From positions 28,506 to 92,505 of the forward strand of contig CAVOQI010000006.1 of assembly GCA_963698305.1 (NCBI GenBank): 64,000 nucleotides of DNA. Reading direction: 5' to 3'. The DNA comes from an uncultured beta proteobacterium. Its GTDB lineage: Bacteria > Pseudomonadota > Gammaproteobacteria > Burkholderiales > Burkholderiaceae_F. The translations under genes and the position numbers were made by a program. The notes under the pieces were generated by a model. That model worked only from the letters and a program-made list of their open reading frames with translations. It made no database searches and had not been told where the DNA came from. Shown piece after piece: positions 20,354 through 30,886 of the stretch. The stretch's first letter is position 1. Each line of letters opens with the position of its first letter.

Positions 20354-20735
20354 CTACTTCGACGGCCGGACCATCACGTAGACGGTGTCGAGTTCGGCGG
20401 GCAGGTGCTCGCCCCACTGGTAAGGCCGGCCGGGTTCGGCGCGCGCGGCGAAGTGCGTGCGTTGCGGCGGCCGATCGGAAACGCGCGCGCTGAAGTTGAC
20501 GGGATCGCCCGAGCGGGTCTCGAACGACAGCACGTAGTACGACTGCCCGCTGTTGGGCGATTTCTTCACCGTCAGCTGCACGCCCAGCCGGCCGTCGCCG
20601 GTGACCACGGTCTGCGACTTGTCGCCGACCGACCAGCGTGCATGCGGGACCTTTGGTGATCTGCAGGATCTCCGTCGCGGCGACGGAAAGGCTGGCCAGG
20701 CACAAGGCCACGGCAACGGGCACGGCGCGAAACAT
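20354..20735 (-). pseudogene. Small secreted hypothetical protein; one frame break
   Basis: Signal peptide MFRAVPVAVALCLASLSVAATE is in ORF 20304..20735. The body (ARWSVGDKSQTVVTGDGRLGVQLTVKK...) is in ORF 20354..20716. The switch is near 20640. Confidence 0.5.
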
Positions 20736-20894
20736 CGACGACCTCTCGCTTGAGACGAGGCGGAGTTTCCCGCAAAGAAGCGCCGCGAAGCGGCCTGGGA
20801 CGACTCGGGATTTGCCCTAGGCAGGACGGGCGGATGCCAGGTGCACGCCGCGCGGCGGTCGCGCGTGCGGCGCCGCCGGGAGTCTTGCCGGACT

Positions 20895-21371
20895 TCAGGA
20901 GGGCCGCGCGGCGCGACCGTTCAATGGCTTGCGCATGAACACGCGCGGGAAACCGCAGTCGGGGCGCCGTTCGTATTCGACATATCCCATGCGGCTGTAC
21001 AACTGGATGTTCTCTTCCAGCCTCTCGTTGGTGTACAGGTAGATCGAGTCGTAGCCCTGGCGCTTGGCTTCCGTCTCGGCGAACTCCATCAGCATCCGGC
21101 CGATGCCCTTGCCCTTCGCCACCGGGCGTACGGCGACGTTGTCGAGACGCAGTCCGTCGTGGGTCGCCGCGAGCACCACGACGCCGATCACCTTGTCGCC
21201 TGTCGTGGCCACGTGCACCTGGCAGTGCCTGAGCACGTCCATGTAGTCGTCCACCATCGGCCCCGGCTGTCGGCCGATGCGTTCGATCAATGGCGTGTAC
21301 GCCTCGCACACGCAGGCCGTGATCCCGGGCACATCCCGCGGCACGGCGGGCCGCAGCGTGATGGGTTCCAT
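20895..21371 (-). CDS. GNAT family N-acetyltransferase
   Basis: 158-aa intact ORF with acetyl-CoA motif VRPVAKGKGIGRMLMEFAE. Confidence 0.85.
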   Translation of the reverse strand: MEPITLRPAVPRDVPGITACVCEAYTPLIERIGRQPGPMVDDYMDVLRHCQVHVATTGDKVIGVVVLAATHDGLRLDNVAVRPVAKGKGIGRMLMEFAETEAKRQGYDSIYLYTNERLEENIQLYSRMGYVEYERRPDCGFPRVFMRKPLNGRAARPS

Positions 21372-21763
21372 CGGGAACCTCCTGTTGTTCTAGTTCCGGT
21401 CAGCCAGCAGTTCGGCTCGCGAAAGACCGACTCGCCATGCAAGACGACAGGCAGCGAAGTGACCTTAATCCCGACCGGGACGCCTGTACATAATCAGGAC
21501 CCGCGACACGTGGTCGCGGTCGACGCGAAATCGGTCCAAATAGTGAGATTCCACGCAGCCCAGGCGGCGCCCGCCGCGGGCGTCACCGGCAGGCGGTGGA
21601 CGGGACGCCGCGCGCCGTGCGATCAAATACTTGCGAACGGAAGTTCACCGGATGTCGGCAGTCCCTCGACGCGCGCGAACCGCTGCGGCGGACACTGTCG
21701 CCGCAGCCGGGCGCCTACACTGCCGCTCCCGAAAAACACGACGCCTTGAAAGGGGAAAGACCC

Positions 21764-22138
21764 GTGATCGGATACGTCACTCTCGGCACCAACGACCTGC
21801 CGCGCGCCGCGGCCTTCTACGACGCCCTCCTCGCCGAAGTCGGGGCCAAGCGGCTGCTGGAATTGCCGCGTGGACTGATGTGGGGCGTGTCGTGGGACAA
21901 GCCGAGCCTCGGCGTGATGACACCCTTCGACGGCAAGCCCGCCACGGTCGGCAACGGCGACATGGTGGCGCTCGTGGTCGACAGCACCGAGAAAGTGGAC
22001 CGCGTCTACCGGAAGGCGATCGAACTGGGCGGCACGGACGAAGGTCCCGCCGGTCCCCGCGGCGACGGCTTCTACGCCGGCTACTTCCGCGACCTCGACG
22101 GCAACAAGCTGAACGTGTACTGCATTCCGCGGAAGTAG
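21764..22138 (+). CDS. VOC/glyoxalase-family protein
   Basis: GTG at 21764 is preceded by AAAGGGGA. VIGYVTLGTNDLPRAAAFYDALL...GYFRDLDGNKLNV is the typical VOC fold. Confidence 0.8.
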   Translation: MIGYVTLGTNDLPRAAAFYDALLAEVGAKRLLELPRGLMWGVSWDKPSLGVMTPFDGKPATVGNGDMVALVVDSTEKVDRVYRKAIELGGTDEGPAGPRGDGFYAGYFRDLDGNKLNVYCIPRK

Positions 22139-22175
22139 GCCCGTGACGACGGCGCGGCGTGCGCGACCACGGGGT

Positions 22176-22613
22176 CTACTGCGTGATCACCACCAGCACG
22201 TTGCAGTTCGACGCCTCGATCAGCGACGCCGAGGTCGAACCTCGCCACCAGCGCGCCGCCCAGCCTTTCAGATGCTTGTGGCCGACGACGATGAGATCGG
22301 CATCGATCTTCTTCGCGTACTCCGTGATCTCCTGCACGGCATCGCCGACGAGCATCTCGCCCTTGGCCGTGTGCCCGGCTTCCTTCAGGCGCCGCAGGCC
22401 ATCGTCGAGGATCGCCCGGAAACGCTGCTTGTCTTCCTCGTCCCGGCCACTGTCGTAGAAGCCGCCGTCCACCGCGATGTAGACGGCAGGCGACGGCATG
22501 ACCGCGATCAGATACATCTCGGCGTGGCTCCACTGCGCGATTTCCTGGCAGCCGAGCAACGCCTTCTGGCCGGATTCGGAACCGTCGTACGCGAGAAGAA
22601 TGCGCTGGTACAT
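22176..22613 (-). CDS. Universal stress protein (UspA family)
   Basis: MYQRILLAYDGSESG...ADLIVVGHKHLKG...GSTSASLIEASNCNVLVV is the canonical Usp pattern. Confidence 0.85.
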   Translation of the reverse strand: MYQRILLAYDGSESGQKALLGCQEIAQWSHAEMYLIAVMPSPAVYIAVDGGFYDSGRDEEDKQRFRAILDDGLRRLKEAGHTAKGEMLVGDAVQEITEYAKKIDADLIVVGHKHLKGWAARWWRGSTSASLIEASNCNVLVVITQ

Positions 22614-22726
22614 GACTCTGTTCCCCGCTCCGGACTGGAATGCGTCCAACATATCCGCTTGATGCTGGGGTGTAAAGCGCAGCGGCGGCTGCTCCCGGTC
22701 AGTGCAGGCCGGGAATCAGGGAGAAC

Positions 22727-23407
22727 TCAGAACCGCGCGGCGCAGCCTTCGACGCTGGTGCTCGCGTAGCGCAGCGCGACGCGCGCGCCGTAGGCGGTTT
22801 CCGTGCGCTCCTCCAGGCACAGCTCTTCCGTGACTTCGACCCGAATCGTGCCGCCATCGCGTGACGACCAGGCGTCGAACACCTGGGTGCCACCGGACTT
22901 CGTCGGTTTGAAGGCCGCCGCGGGAAAGCGCACGGTCCTGCCCGGCGCCAGGTCGAGCTGCGCGCCGGCCGCGGTGGCGACGAAGCGCCAGGCCGCGTCC
23001 GCGCCGCTCGCCTGCAGGGTTGTTCCCGGGACGATGTCCCTGGGCGAACTGGCGCAGGCCAGGACATGGCCGATGGCGCGCTGGAAGCGGCGCACCGTGA
23101 GCGTATTGCCGCTCGCCTCGCCGACGAACTCGACGTAGAGCGGCCGGCTCGCGTCTTCCATGACCTGCCGCACCGCCCAGGCGCCGGCGGTCAGTGCGGT
23201 GTTCGGCGTCTTGTCGGATACCTTGAATGTCTGCCTGCCCGGCGAGGCGCCATGGCACGGCTGGAATACGAGCAGTCCCGCGGGACCATCGCTGACGAAG
23301 CCGCGAAAATCCGCGGCCGCGGCAACGGCCGTCGTGCCCGCGGCCACGAGGCCGATGGCGGCCAGGCGCGCGGCACGGAGCATCGGGCTGCAACCCACTC
23401 GATTCAT
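22727..23407 (-). CDS. Secreted hypothetical protein
   Basis: Intact ORF with good GC3 and signal peptide MLRAARLAAIGLVAAGTTAVAAAA. I recognise no family. It lies just downstream of the DUF1501 gene. Confidence 0.55.
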   Translation of the reverse strand: MNRVGCSPMLRAARLAAIGLVAAGTTAVAAAADFRGFVSDGPAGLLVFQPCHGASPGRQTFKVSDKTPNTALTAGAWAVRQVMEDASRPLYVEFVGEASGNTLTVRRFQRAIGHVLACASSPRDIVPGTTLQASGADAAWRFVATAAGAQLDLAPGRTVRFPAAAFKPTKSGGTQVFDAWSSRDGGTIRVEVTEELCLEERTETAYGARVALRYASTSVEGCAARF

Positions 23408-23492
23408 CTGCGCATCCCCATCGCCCAAAAGAAGGCGGGCGCATCGCGCCCGCCGTCGACACCAGGCTGCACCTGGGCAGCCAGCAGCCTTC

Positions 23493-24752
23493 CTACAGGT
23501 TCGGGTAGCCGGTGCTGATGGCCGGGTTGAAGAAGTCGAAGTTCTCGGCGGCCGGCACCTTCAGGTTGAACTTCGTGTCGGTCGTCGTGAACCCGAGGTA
23601 CTTGCGCACCGCGTCGTGGATATGACGCGGCTTGATCACCACGCCGTTGACCGGATCGACGGCACCGGTGGACGTGTTGATCTTCAGCTGTTCGTGCTTC
23701 GGTCCGCTGGCGCCGATGACCCGGTTGCCCCACACCGGGTTCGCTTCCATCAGCACCTGGCTGCCGACCGACCAGTGGTCCTTGCCGTTGCCGGTGTTCA
23801 GCGGCGTGCGGCCGAACTCGGAGTAGATGCGCAGGAAGATGCGGTTGCTGAGGTTGAGCGTGGCGGACTTCTGCCAGATGTAGTCCACGAGATCGGTCAG
23901 GCGCGGCAGCGCGGTGGCGTACGCGTTTGCCAGGTTGCTGTGGCCGTCGAACCCGCCGGAGGCGAGCTGGATCGTCGAGGTGATGCCGGCCTGCGCCGCG
24001 ATCAGGGCCACGTGCGCCTGGGTGAACGGCGTGTCGAACGTCGCCGGGATGAACGTGGACACCTGCTGCATCAGCGCGCGCGCGCCGGTCGTCGCGCCAA
24101 ACTGGTCGGCCAGCATGCTCTGCATCGGCAGCAGGGTGCCGCCCGCCTGCATCGCCTGCATGCGCTGGGCGCGCGCCGCCCAGGCCTTGTTCAGGTCGGC
24201 CTGCTTCATGAAGTCGTTGGTCGCGCTCGCGGTGTTCGGCGCGACCAGGGCCCGGAACGTGTTCTGGTCCGGGACCGGCGTCGCCGGCAGCAGGCCCGCG
24301 CTGCGGCTGAACGCGCCGGAGTTCAGCCACGCCATCGGCAGTCCCTGGCCGTACGTGAACGCGAACAGCTCGGGCATCGTCGGGTAGCCCATGTCGAGGC
24401 GGCCCGTGGCGTGCGCCCGCGTGCCGTCCTCGTGGCTGTTGGTCTCGCTGTTGACGCCGTTGATCACCAGCATGTTCGCGGAGTACCGCGTGAAGAACGA
24501 CGCGTTGTTCCCCATCGGCGCGTAGCGGATGTTGCCCGCCACGCCGGCCGGCGTGAGGGCCGCGGCGTAGTTGTTCATCGCCGGGTCCTTCTCGCGCGGG
24601 TCGGTCCACGAGCTGGCATCGAGGCCGCCCGAGGCGTGGATGTTGATCAGGATGCGCCCCGTGTACAGCGGCGACTGCGCATTGGCGAGCGGGACGAAGC
24701 CCCATGCCGGGACAACGGTGCCGACCATTTTCAGAAAGTCTCGACGGTCCAT
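23493..24752 (-). CDS. DUF1501 family (sulfatase-fold) protein with Tat signal
   Basis: MDRRDFLKMVG twin-arginine signal. ASGGFDGHSN and YSEFGRTPLNTGNGKDHW match the DUF1501 hallmarks GGxDTH and EFGRTP...DHW. Intact, 419 aa. Confidence 0.8.
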   Translation of the reverse strand: MDRRDFLKMVGTVVPAWGFVPLANAQSPLYTGRILINIHASGGLDASSWTDPREKDPAMNNYAAALTPAGVAGNIRYAPMGNNASFFTRYSANMLVINGVNSETNSHEDGTRAHATGRLDMGYPTMPELFAFTYGQGLPMAWLNSGAFSRSAGLLPATPVPDQNTFRALVAPNTASATNDFMKQADLNKAWAARAQRMQAMQAGGTLLPMQSMLADQFGATTGARALMQQVSTFIPATFDTPFTQAHVALIAAQAGITSTIQLASGGFDGHSNLANAYATALPRLTDLVDYIWQKSATLNLSNRIFLRIYSEFGRTPLNTGNGKDHWSVGSQVLMEANPVWGNRVIGASGPKHEQLKINTSTGAVDPVNGVVIKPRHIHDAVRKYLGFTTTDTKFNLKVPAAENFDFFNPAISTGYPNL

Positions 24753-24792
24753 TTTCGTTACTCCTTTGTTCTTGGCACGCAGGGTCAGGGCG

Positions 24793-27390
24793 TCATTCGT
24801 AGAGGAACTTCGGATCGCCGAGCATGTACGCCACCACGGCGGCCCACGTGCGACCCGTGTAGTTCGGATCGTTCGTGTTGTTGTAGGCGCAGTTCACCGG
24901 GCGCGCGGAGGCGTTGACGCGGTCGGCCCAGACGTCGGTGAACAGCTTGTAGGTGCGCTGCACCTCGGCGTCGGAGACCGGGACGTCTTCCTTCCACAGC
25001 GACTTGTGCAGGTGCTTGATGTTCTCCTGGATCGCGGTCGCCCCGGCCGCGGTCGCCGGCGTGTCGGCCAGCACCACCTTCGGGAACAGCAGCCGCGTGG
25101 CCTGCGCCTTGTTGAAGTCGTTCTGCGTGAACGAGCAGCTGCGGGTGGCGACCAGGCGATCGATGGCGATGCTCTGCATCATCGTGTGCTCCTGGGCGCG
25201 CTGCGTCCGGTTGATGCCGTCGAAGTCGCCGTAGTTCAGTCCGAAGCCGGCGTACGGGTTGTTGAAGTCGGTGAAGTTCTGCCCGACCAGCGCCGTCAGC
25301 TTCCGGTTCAGATGCACCGGGTTCAGCATGTTGAACGGGCCGAGGTCGCCGAGCTCGATCATGCGGCCGGCCGTCACGTTGGTCGCCGCCTCGGCCTTGC
25401 CCCACGGACTCATCACGAGGTCCGCCAGCAGGTCCTTGACGTTGAACGCGCCGTTGCCGCGGTTGGTCTGGAAGCGGCCGGCGATCGCCTGGAACACCTC
25501 GTTCTGCGCGTTGAACGCGGACAGGCGGTTGGCGTTCTCCGGCGTCGATGCGTCGAGCGGCGCCTTGAGCGGCTCGCGACCGAACACGGCCTTGTACCAG
25601 AAGTGCACGGCGCCCATCGCGTAGCGCTGGTCGGCGGCGACCTGCCCGCCCAGCCACTGCAGCGCGGTCGGGTTGCCGGTGACGCCGCCCGGCATCGCGG
25701 TGCCGTAGTAGCCCGGCGCCTTCTCGTCGCGGAACCAGCCGTCGCCCAGCTTGTAATAGGCCTGGTTGTTCGCGTCCTTCGGATAGTTGTTGGAGCGGTA
25801 GGACGCGGGCAGCGCGTGATCCTTGCCGGTCGAGTCCTTGAACGGCAGGTAGCGGTTGTTCTCCTGCCAGTTCATGAAGCCGGCCGCCATCGGGTCGATC
25901 GTGTCATGGCACGCGGCGCACGCCGGGTTCTCCATCGTCGGGATCCGGAACGTGCCGCCGTCGTCGATCGGGCGCACGGCGAGCGCGCTCACGTCCGTGG
26001 CGAGGAACTGCTTGGCCATCTGGTAGACGCGATGGCGGTTGCGGTTGGTCGGCGTCGTCGGGAAGCGCGACAGCCAGGCCTGCGTCGACAGCACGCCGGC
26101 ATGCTCGCGGTTGCCGCCCAGCCGCTGGCTCGGCAGTACCGCCGGCAGGAACACGGTGTCGTCGGCCGGGTTGGCGAACGTCCCGTTCACCTGCGCCTGC
26201 ATGTACTGGGCGACGATCGCATTCACGACCGTGTAGTTGCCCGACACCATCTCCGTCCACGCACGCTCGTTGTTGACGATGTACTTCATCAGCTCGATCG
26301 GCTCGACGCGCGACCCGGTCACGAAGCGGTTGAGTTCGTTGGCGGCCAGGTTCGTGTTGTTGATGACGTTGACCGCGCTCGGCCAGTCGGTGGCGTTGTA
26401 GCCCATGTTGTTGCCGCGGATCGTCGCGCCGCGCGTCAGGAACCAGGTCTCGCCGACCTCGTCGAGGAAGGCCTGGAACGCCGGTCCCTGCATGTAGTCG
26501 CGGATGGTCTGGCGCAGAACCGGGGTGCCGCCGGCGGTGACCGCCGACTCTTCCGCGGCGGTCGGGTTGCGGCCGGCGAACAGGATCGCGGCGCGCGCCA
26601 GCACCTTCTGGTCGGACGCGAACGTGACGCCGTTCCAGAACTGGCCCATCGCCGGGCCGTCGATCGGCGTCGACGCGCACGACTGCTTCATGATCGGCAC
26701 CAGCGCGGCCAGGTCAAGATAGCGCTGGTCGCTGGTATTCAGGAAGGGAGCGCCGCCGCCGTGCGTGGGCAGGCCGACGGTCTTCGACAGCAGCAGCGAG
26801 TCGTTCTTCAGCGCGTAGTCGCGGATGATGTTGTAGTTCTGGAGGACGGAGCCCGTGGACAGAACGAGCCCGGTGCCGCCAGCCACGCCGCCCGCGGTAT
26901 GGCACAGCGTGCACGTGCCGCTCATGCTCGGCCACACCTTGGTGGTGAACTCGGTCGGCGCCGCGGAACACTGCGTGCTGCCCGCCTGCACCGTGACCAT
27001 CAGCGCGGCGCGGTTGAAGTTGCCGCTGCTGTCGCGCACGGTCAGCGTGACGTTGTAGGCCCCGGCGGCCATGAAGGTGTGCTGGACCGACTGGCCCATC
27101 GCAACCGGACTGTTGTCCTTGAAGTCCCACTCGAAACTCGTGATGCTGCCGCGGGGGTTCGTCGCGATGAACGTCAGCTGCATCGGCGCGCTGCCGACCG
27201 TCACGTCCGCCGTCGGCGTCGCGGAGATCGAAGCGCTCTGGGTCGATGCCGGCGCCGACCCCGGCGGAACGGGCGTCGACGAGGAACCGCTGCCTCCACC
27301 GCCACCGCACGCGGCGAGCGTTGCGACTGCCAGCAGCGACAGGCAGGCGTTGCGGGCTGTCTGCACTGCAAATCTTGAAGTCATGTTCAT
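24793..27390 (-). CDS. Lipoprotein with PKD domain and DUF1588/DUF1592-type (PSCyt-like) CxxCH domains
   Basis: Lipobox LAACGG. PKD-like FEWDFKDNS...YNVTLTVRDSSGN. CTLCH at the start of the PSCyt-like part, and ENPACAACHDTIDPMAAGF matching the DUF1588 CxxCHxxxDPxG motif. 865 aa, intact. Confidence 0.75.
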   Translation of the reverse strand: MNMTSRFAVQTARNACLSLLAVATLAACGGGGGSGSSSTPVPPGSAPASTQSASISATPTADVTVGSAPMQLTFIATNPRGSITSFEWDFKDNSPVAMGQSVQHTFMAAGAYNVTLTVRDSSGNFNRAALMVTVQAGSTQCSAAPTEFTTKVWPSMSGTCTLCHTAGGVAGGTGLVLSTGSVLQNYNIIRDYALKNDSLLLSKTVGLPTHGGGAPFLNTSDQRYLDLAALVPIMKQSCASTPIDGPAMGQFWNGVTFASDQKVLARAAILFAGRNPTAAEESAVTAGGTPVLRQTIRDYMQGPAFQAFLDEVGETWFLTRGATIRGNNMGYNATDWPSAVNVINNTNLAANELNRFVTGSRVEPIELMKYIVNNERAWTEMVSGNYTVVNAIVAQYMQAQVNGTFANPADDTVFLPAVLPSQRLGGNREHAGVLSTQAWLSRFPTTPTNRNRHRVYQMAKQFLATDVSALAVRPIDDGGTFRIPTMENPACAACHDTIDPMAAGFMNWQENNRYLPFKDSTGKDHALPASYRSNNYPKDANNQAYYKLGDGWFRDEKAPGYYGTAMPGGVTGNPTALQWLGGQVAADQRYAMGAVHFWYKAVFGREPLKAPLDASTPENANRLSAFNAQNEVFQAIAGRFQTNRGNGAFNVKDLLADLVMSPWGKAEAATNVTAGRMIELGDLGPFNMLNPVHLNRKLTALVGQNFTDFNNPYAGFGLNYGDFDGINRTQRAQEHTMMQSIAIDRLVATRSCSFTQNDFNKAQATRLLFPKVVLADTPATAAGATAIQENIKHLHKSLWKEDVPVSDAEVQRTYKLFTDVWADRVNASARPVNCAYNNTNDPNYTGRTWAAVVAYMLGDPKFLYE

Positions 27391-27608
27391 GTTGTTGCTC
27401 CCTCAAGTCCGTCCGGGTTCGTGCCGGCAGCGAACTGTGCCTACGGCGCGCAGAAAAAAAACTCGGGAGTACGGATGATTGGCAGCTACCGCTCGCACCC
27501 CATGTCGCGCTGCCACAAGGGATTTCTTCCCATTCGGAAGCGGGTCTCGAGCTTTTATTCATCCTTCCGGATGAGGAGAGAAGGAGCGGCCCCCGCTAGA
27601 GTCAGCGC

Positions 27609-29290
27609 ATGCCATTCGACATCGCACTGAAGCGCTTCTGTCTATCCCATGCCGGGTCGTTCGTCGTGCCCGCCGAGTGCCTCGATCGCACCGGATTGCA
27701 GGCGGAACTCGCGCGCACGCTGGTCGACGAGCGGCGCATTTCCGAAGACCAGCTGCGCTGCCTCGAACGCGGCTACGCGCTGTACCGGGAACGCTGCGCG
27801 GATCTGTTCGCGCGCGCGCCCGGCGCATGGTTTCCGCCGCGGCAGACCAACCTGCTGATCGTCGAGGACGGCACCGATGTGCTGCCGTACCTGGAGCCCT
27901 TCGCCGGCACATCGGCGCTGCTCTATCTGTCCGACCTCGACACCGATCCCGAGTACGTCGCGCTGCTGCTGCTGCACATCGAGCGGCTGGCGCTGGTGCG
28001 CTCGGTTCGCGCCGCCGTCATCTGCAACCTCAGCTACTGGTTCGATCGCGACGCCGAGAGCCGGCGCGCGTTCGTCCGCGCGGCCGCCAGCGCTCGGCGT
28101 CCCGATGCGGCCGGGTTCGTCGCGCTCGCCGAGGCGCTCGCCTGGGTCGACGACCTGCTGCACGATCCGCTGCGCCCGCCCGCGGGCGAGCCGGACGAAC
28201 CGTACCTCGGCGTCAACGACACCGGCCTCTATGTTCCCAAGCGGCTGCAGGGCGAACTGCTGAAGCTGGCGGAGGCGGCCGAGGATGCCGTGCGGCGAGC
28301 GATGCGCCTGCACGGGACGGCCGTCGCGAGCCGCGGGACCGCGGCGCTGAACGAACTATGCGAATGGCTCGAGCGCGAGCGCGCGCACGTGGTCGTCGTG
28401 AGCCCGGACGGTTCGACCGCGTGGACTCCCGACGCGACCAGCGCGGCCGACATGCGGCGCGCGTTGCACGATGCCGATGACGCCGCGGTGGCCAGCATCC
28501 ACGCCGACCTGCGCGTGATCCACGAACGCTCGCGGCAGTTTCTCGACTGCGTGCGCGATGTGGAGTCGCTGCCCTCGCACTGCCCGGTCCTCGAGACCGG
28601 CGGCGGCGCCTACGTCGACGCCGCCCGGCGCGCCGTTGTCTACGAGCTCGTGCAGCCCGCATTCGACGCGCGACGCAGCGTGGCGCCGCCCTATCACCGC
28701 CTTCTGCTCGGCGCGCGCGTGGTGCACGAGTGGGGCCACATCGCGCACACCGCGAAGATGATCGGCGTGCCGTCAGACCGCCGGGCCGATTACGCGCGCG
28801 CGCGTGCCGAACTCGGAGAAACATTCGCCGCCATCGTCGGGCGCATGCCCACGCGGCTGCACGACGACATCGAGAGCGACATCGCGGGGCTGGCCGCACG
28901 CGCGGGCGGCCTGGACAAGGCGCTGGCGCGCAAGACGCTGGCGCGCGTCGGCGACTACCTCGCCAACATGCTGGGCGAGCGCCTGCTTCCCCCGAGGAAA
29001 TGCAGGCGTACGTGCGGACCAACGTGCGGAACCACTTCGGCGAGCGGCTGGGCGTCGTCAGCGAACTGGCCCGCTACGCCTACGAAGTGCACTACCTGCG
29101 CCTCGCCGGCCTGCCGCGCGCGTACTTCTTCGGCACGTCGCGCTTCCCCGAATATTTCATCGCGTCCGGCATCGTCAGCGAGGCGGACACGCACGCGCTC
29201 TTCGACGCGGCGGGGGCCGTTCTCGACTGCCACGCGTTCGACGACAGCCTGATCGCGCTGCCTCCGGCGCCTGCCGCGCGTCAGGCCTGA
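27609..29290 (+). pseudogene. Cytoplasmic hypothetical protein with HExxH motif; one frame break
   Basis: ORF 27609..29252 carries VVHEWGHIAHTAK. After ...ANMLGERLL the sequence continues as PEEMQAYVRTNVRNHFGERLG... in ORF 28730..29290. The break is in the C5 run 28989-28993. Confidence 0.6.
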
Positions 29291-30555
29291 GCCGTGCGCG
29301 CCGCCGGCCGCCGCAACAGCCAGATGACGATCGACAGGTTGAGCAGGTTCCACGCGATGCCGTTGATGAAGGCCGCGCTGTAGGAGCCGGTGAGGTCGAA
29401 CACCTCGCCCGACATCCAGCCGCCGAGCGCCATGCCGAAGAGCGTGGCCATCACCACCAGGCCGACGCGCGCACCCGCTTCCCGCGGCGCGAAGAACTCG
29501 CGGACGATGATCGCGTAACTCGGCACGATGCCGCCCTGGAACAGCCCGAACAGAGCCGATACCACGTAGAGCGACCACAGGCCGTCGAACGGCAGGTACA
29601 GCATCAGCGCGACCGCCTGCAGCGTGGAGCCGATCAGCAGCGTGCGCAGTCCGCCGATGCGATCGGCGATCCAGCCCGACGCGAGCCGGCTGACGATGCC
29701 GAAGCCGAGCATCAGCGACAGCATCTGGGCGCCGGCGGCCGCGCCGTAGCCGAGGTCGCCGCAGTACGCGACGATGTGCACCTGGGGCATGGACATCGCC
29801 ACGCAGCAGGCCAGCCCCGCGATCACGAGCAGCGTCTGCAACGCGCCGGGCGAGATGCCGAGCGACACCTGCGTGTCGCGCACCGCCGGCACCGCCGCGG
29901 TCGTGTGGCCGGCCGGCGAACGACGGCGCAGGGCCAGCGTGAGCGGCAGCATCGTCACCAGGCAGAAGACGCCGATCGTGATGTGCGTGTGCCGCCAGCC
30001 GATCGCTTCGATCAGGTGCTGCACGATCGGCGGCCAGACCGTGCCCGCCAGGTAGTTGCCGCAGGCGACGATCGACACCGCGAGACCGCGCCTGCGCTCG
30101 AACCAGTGCGAGACGTCGGCGAGCAGCGGGCCGAAGGTGGCCGAGCTGCCGAGGAAACCGATGAACAGGCCCTGCGCCAGCGCGTACATGAAGAGGCTCG
30201 GCGCCAGGCCGGCGAGGATGTAGCCCGCGGACAGCGCGATCGTCGCGCCGAACAGCGGCCGCGTGATGCCGTAGCGATCGCTCAGGCGGCCCATCATGAT
30301 CCCGCCGAAGCCGAAGCCGACCATCGTCAGCGTGTACGGGAACGATGCCGCGCCGCGGTCGACGCCGAAGTCGGCCTGCACCGCCGGCAGCGCAACCACC
30401 ACCGACCACATGCCGATGCCGCCGAGCGTCGCCATGGCGAGCGTGACGGCCAGCCGCCACCAGGCGGTGCGGCTGTCGATGACGCTGGAGGGCGCGGGCG
30501 AGGACGGCGACGAGGTCAACGCGGATGAGTCAGGCAGGAGGGGAGCGGGCAGCAT
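29281..30555 (-). CDS. MFS transporter
   Basis: 424-aa intact ORF with about 12 TM segments and the MFS loop motif GRLSDRYGITRP. The start is uncertain. Confidence 0.85.
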   Translation of the reverse strand: MLPAPLLPDSSALTSSPSSPAPSSVIDSRTAWWRLAVTLAMATLGGIGMWSVVVALPAVQADFGVDRGAASFPYTLTMVGFGFGGIMMGRLSDRYGITRPLFGATIALSAGYILAGLAPSLFMYALAQGLFIGFLGSSATFGPLLADVSHWFERRRGLAVSIVACGNYLAGTVWPPIVQHLIEAIGWRHTHITIGVFCLVTMLPLTLALRRRSPAGHTTAAVPAVRDTQVSLGISPGALQTLLVIAGLACCVAMSMPQVHIVAYCGDLGYGAAAGAQMLSLMLGFGIVSRLASGWIADRIGGLRTLLIGSTLQAVALMLYLPFDGLWSLYVVSALFGLFQGGIVPSYAIIVREFFAPREAGARVGLVVMATLFGMALGGWMSGEVFDLTGSYSAAFINGIAWNLLNLSIVIWLLRRPAARTAQA

Positions 30556-30612
30556 ACCCGCCGCCGGTCGCGTTCGACGTCATGCGTGCCATCGAGAAGG
30601 ATCACCAAAGGA

Positions 30613-30635
30613 AACAGCCCGCAGCGCGGGCTGTT
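30613..30635 (-). terminator. Intrinsic terminator of small-peptide cassette A
   Basis: AACAGCCCGC-agc-GCGGGCTGTT. On the minus strand it is followed by TCCTTTGG. It lies 78 nt after the sORF stop. Confidence 0.55.
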
Positions 30636-30712
30636 CGTTCGTCGGTTCCGTCCGCGCTCGCGGCGGCGCCGGCAGGACCGGGCGTGCGTCAACCGGGAAC
30701 GGTCGGCGCTGC

Positions 30713-30886
30713 TCAGCCCACCGCGACCGGACGCATCGTGACGGTCTCCATCGCCATGGTGGGCGGCGCCGCTTCGAAGCTGCCATCGGGCTGCATCCCG
30801 ATCACCGTTCCGCCAAGAACCAACGCACTGCTCAGCACGGCTAGCAGGAAGGAAATCACTCGCACTCGCGCAGATGTGGTTTTCAT
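30713..30886 (-). CDS. Small single-pass membrane peptide, paralogue A (57 aa)
   Basis: Not in the ORF track, being under 60 aa. ATG at 30886 is preceded by GAGAGGA. Translation: MKTTSARVRVISFLLAVLSSALVLGGTVIGMQPDGSFEAAPPTMAMETVTMRPVAVG. It shares its pattern with 31185..31352. Confidence 0.6.
   Translation of the reverse strand: MKTTSARVRVISFLLAVLSSALVLGGTVIGMQPDGSFEAAPPTMAMETVTMRPVAVG

Noticed and set aside
24571-27378. 935-aa plus-strand ORF
   Set aside because: It is antisense to the intact DUF1501 and CxxCH lipoprotein genes, and its composition is typical of a shadow frame.
27451-27465. A8/T8 run as an intrinsic terminator
   Set aside because: No adjacent GC-rich stem lies on either strand. 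It sits in a divergent promoter region where no gene ends.
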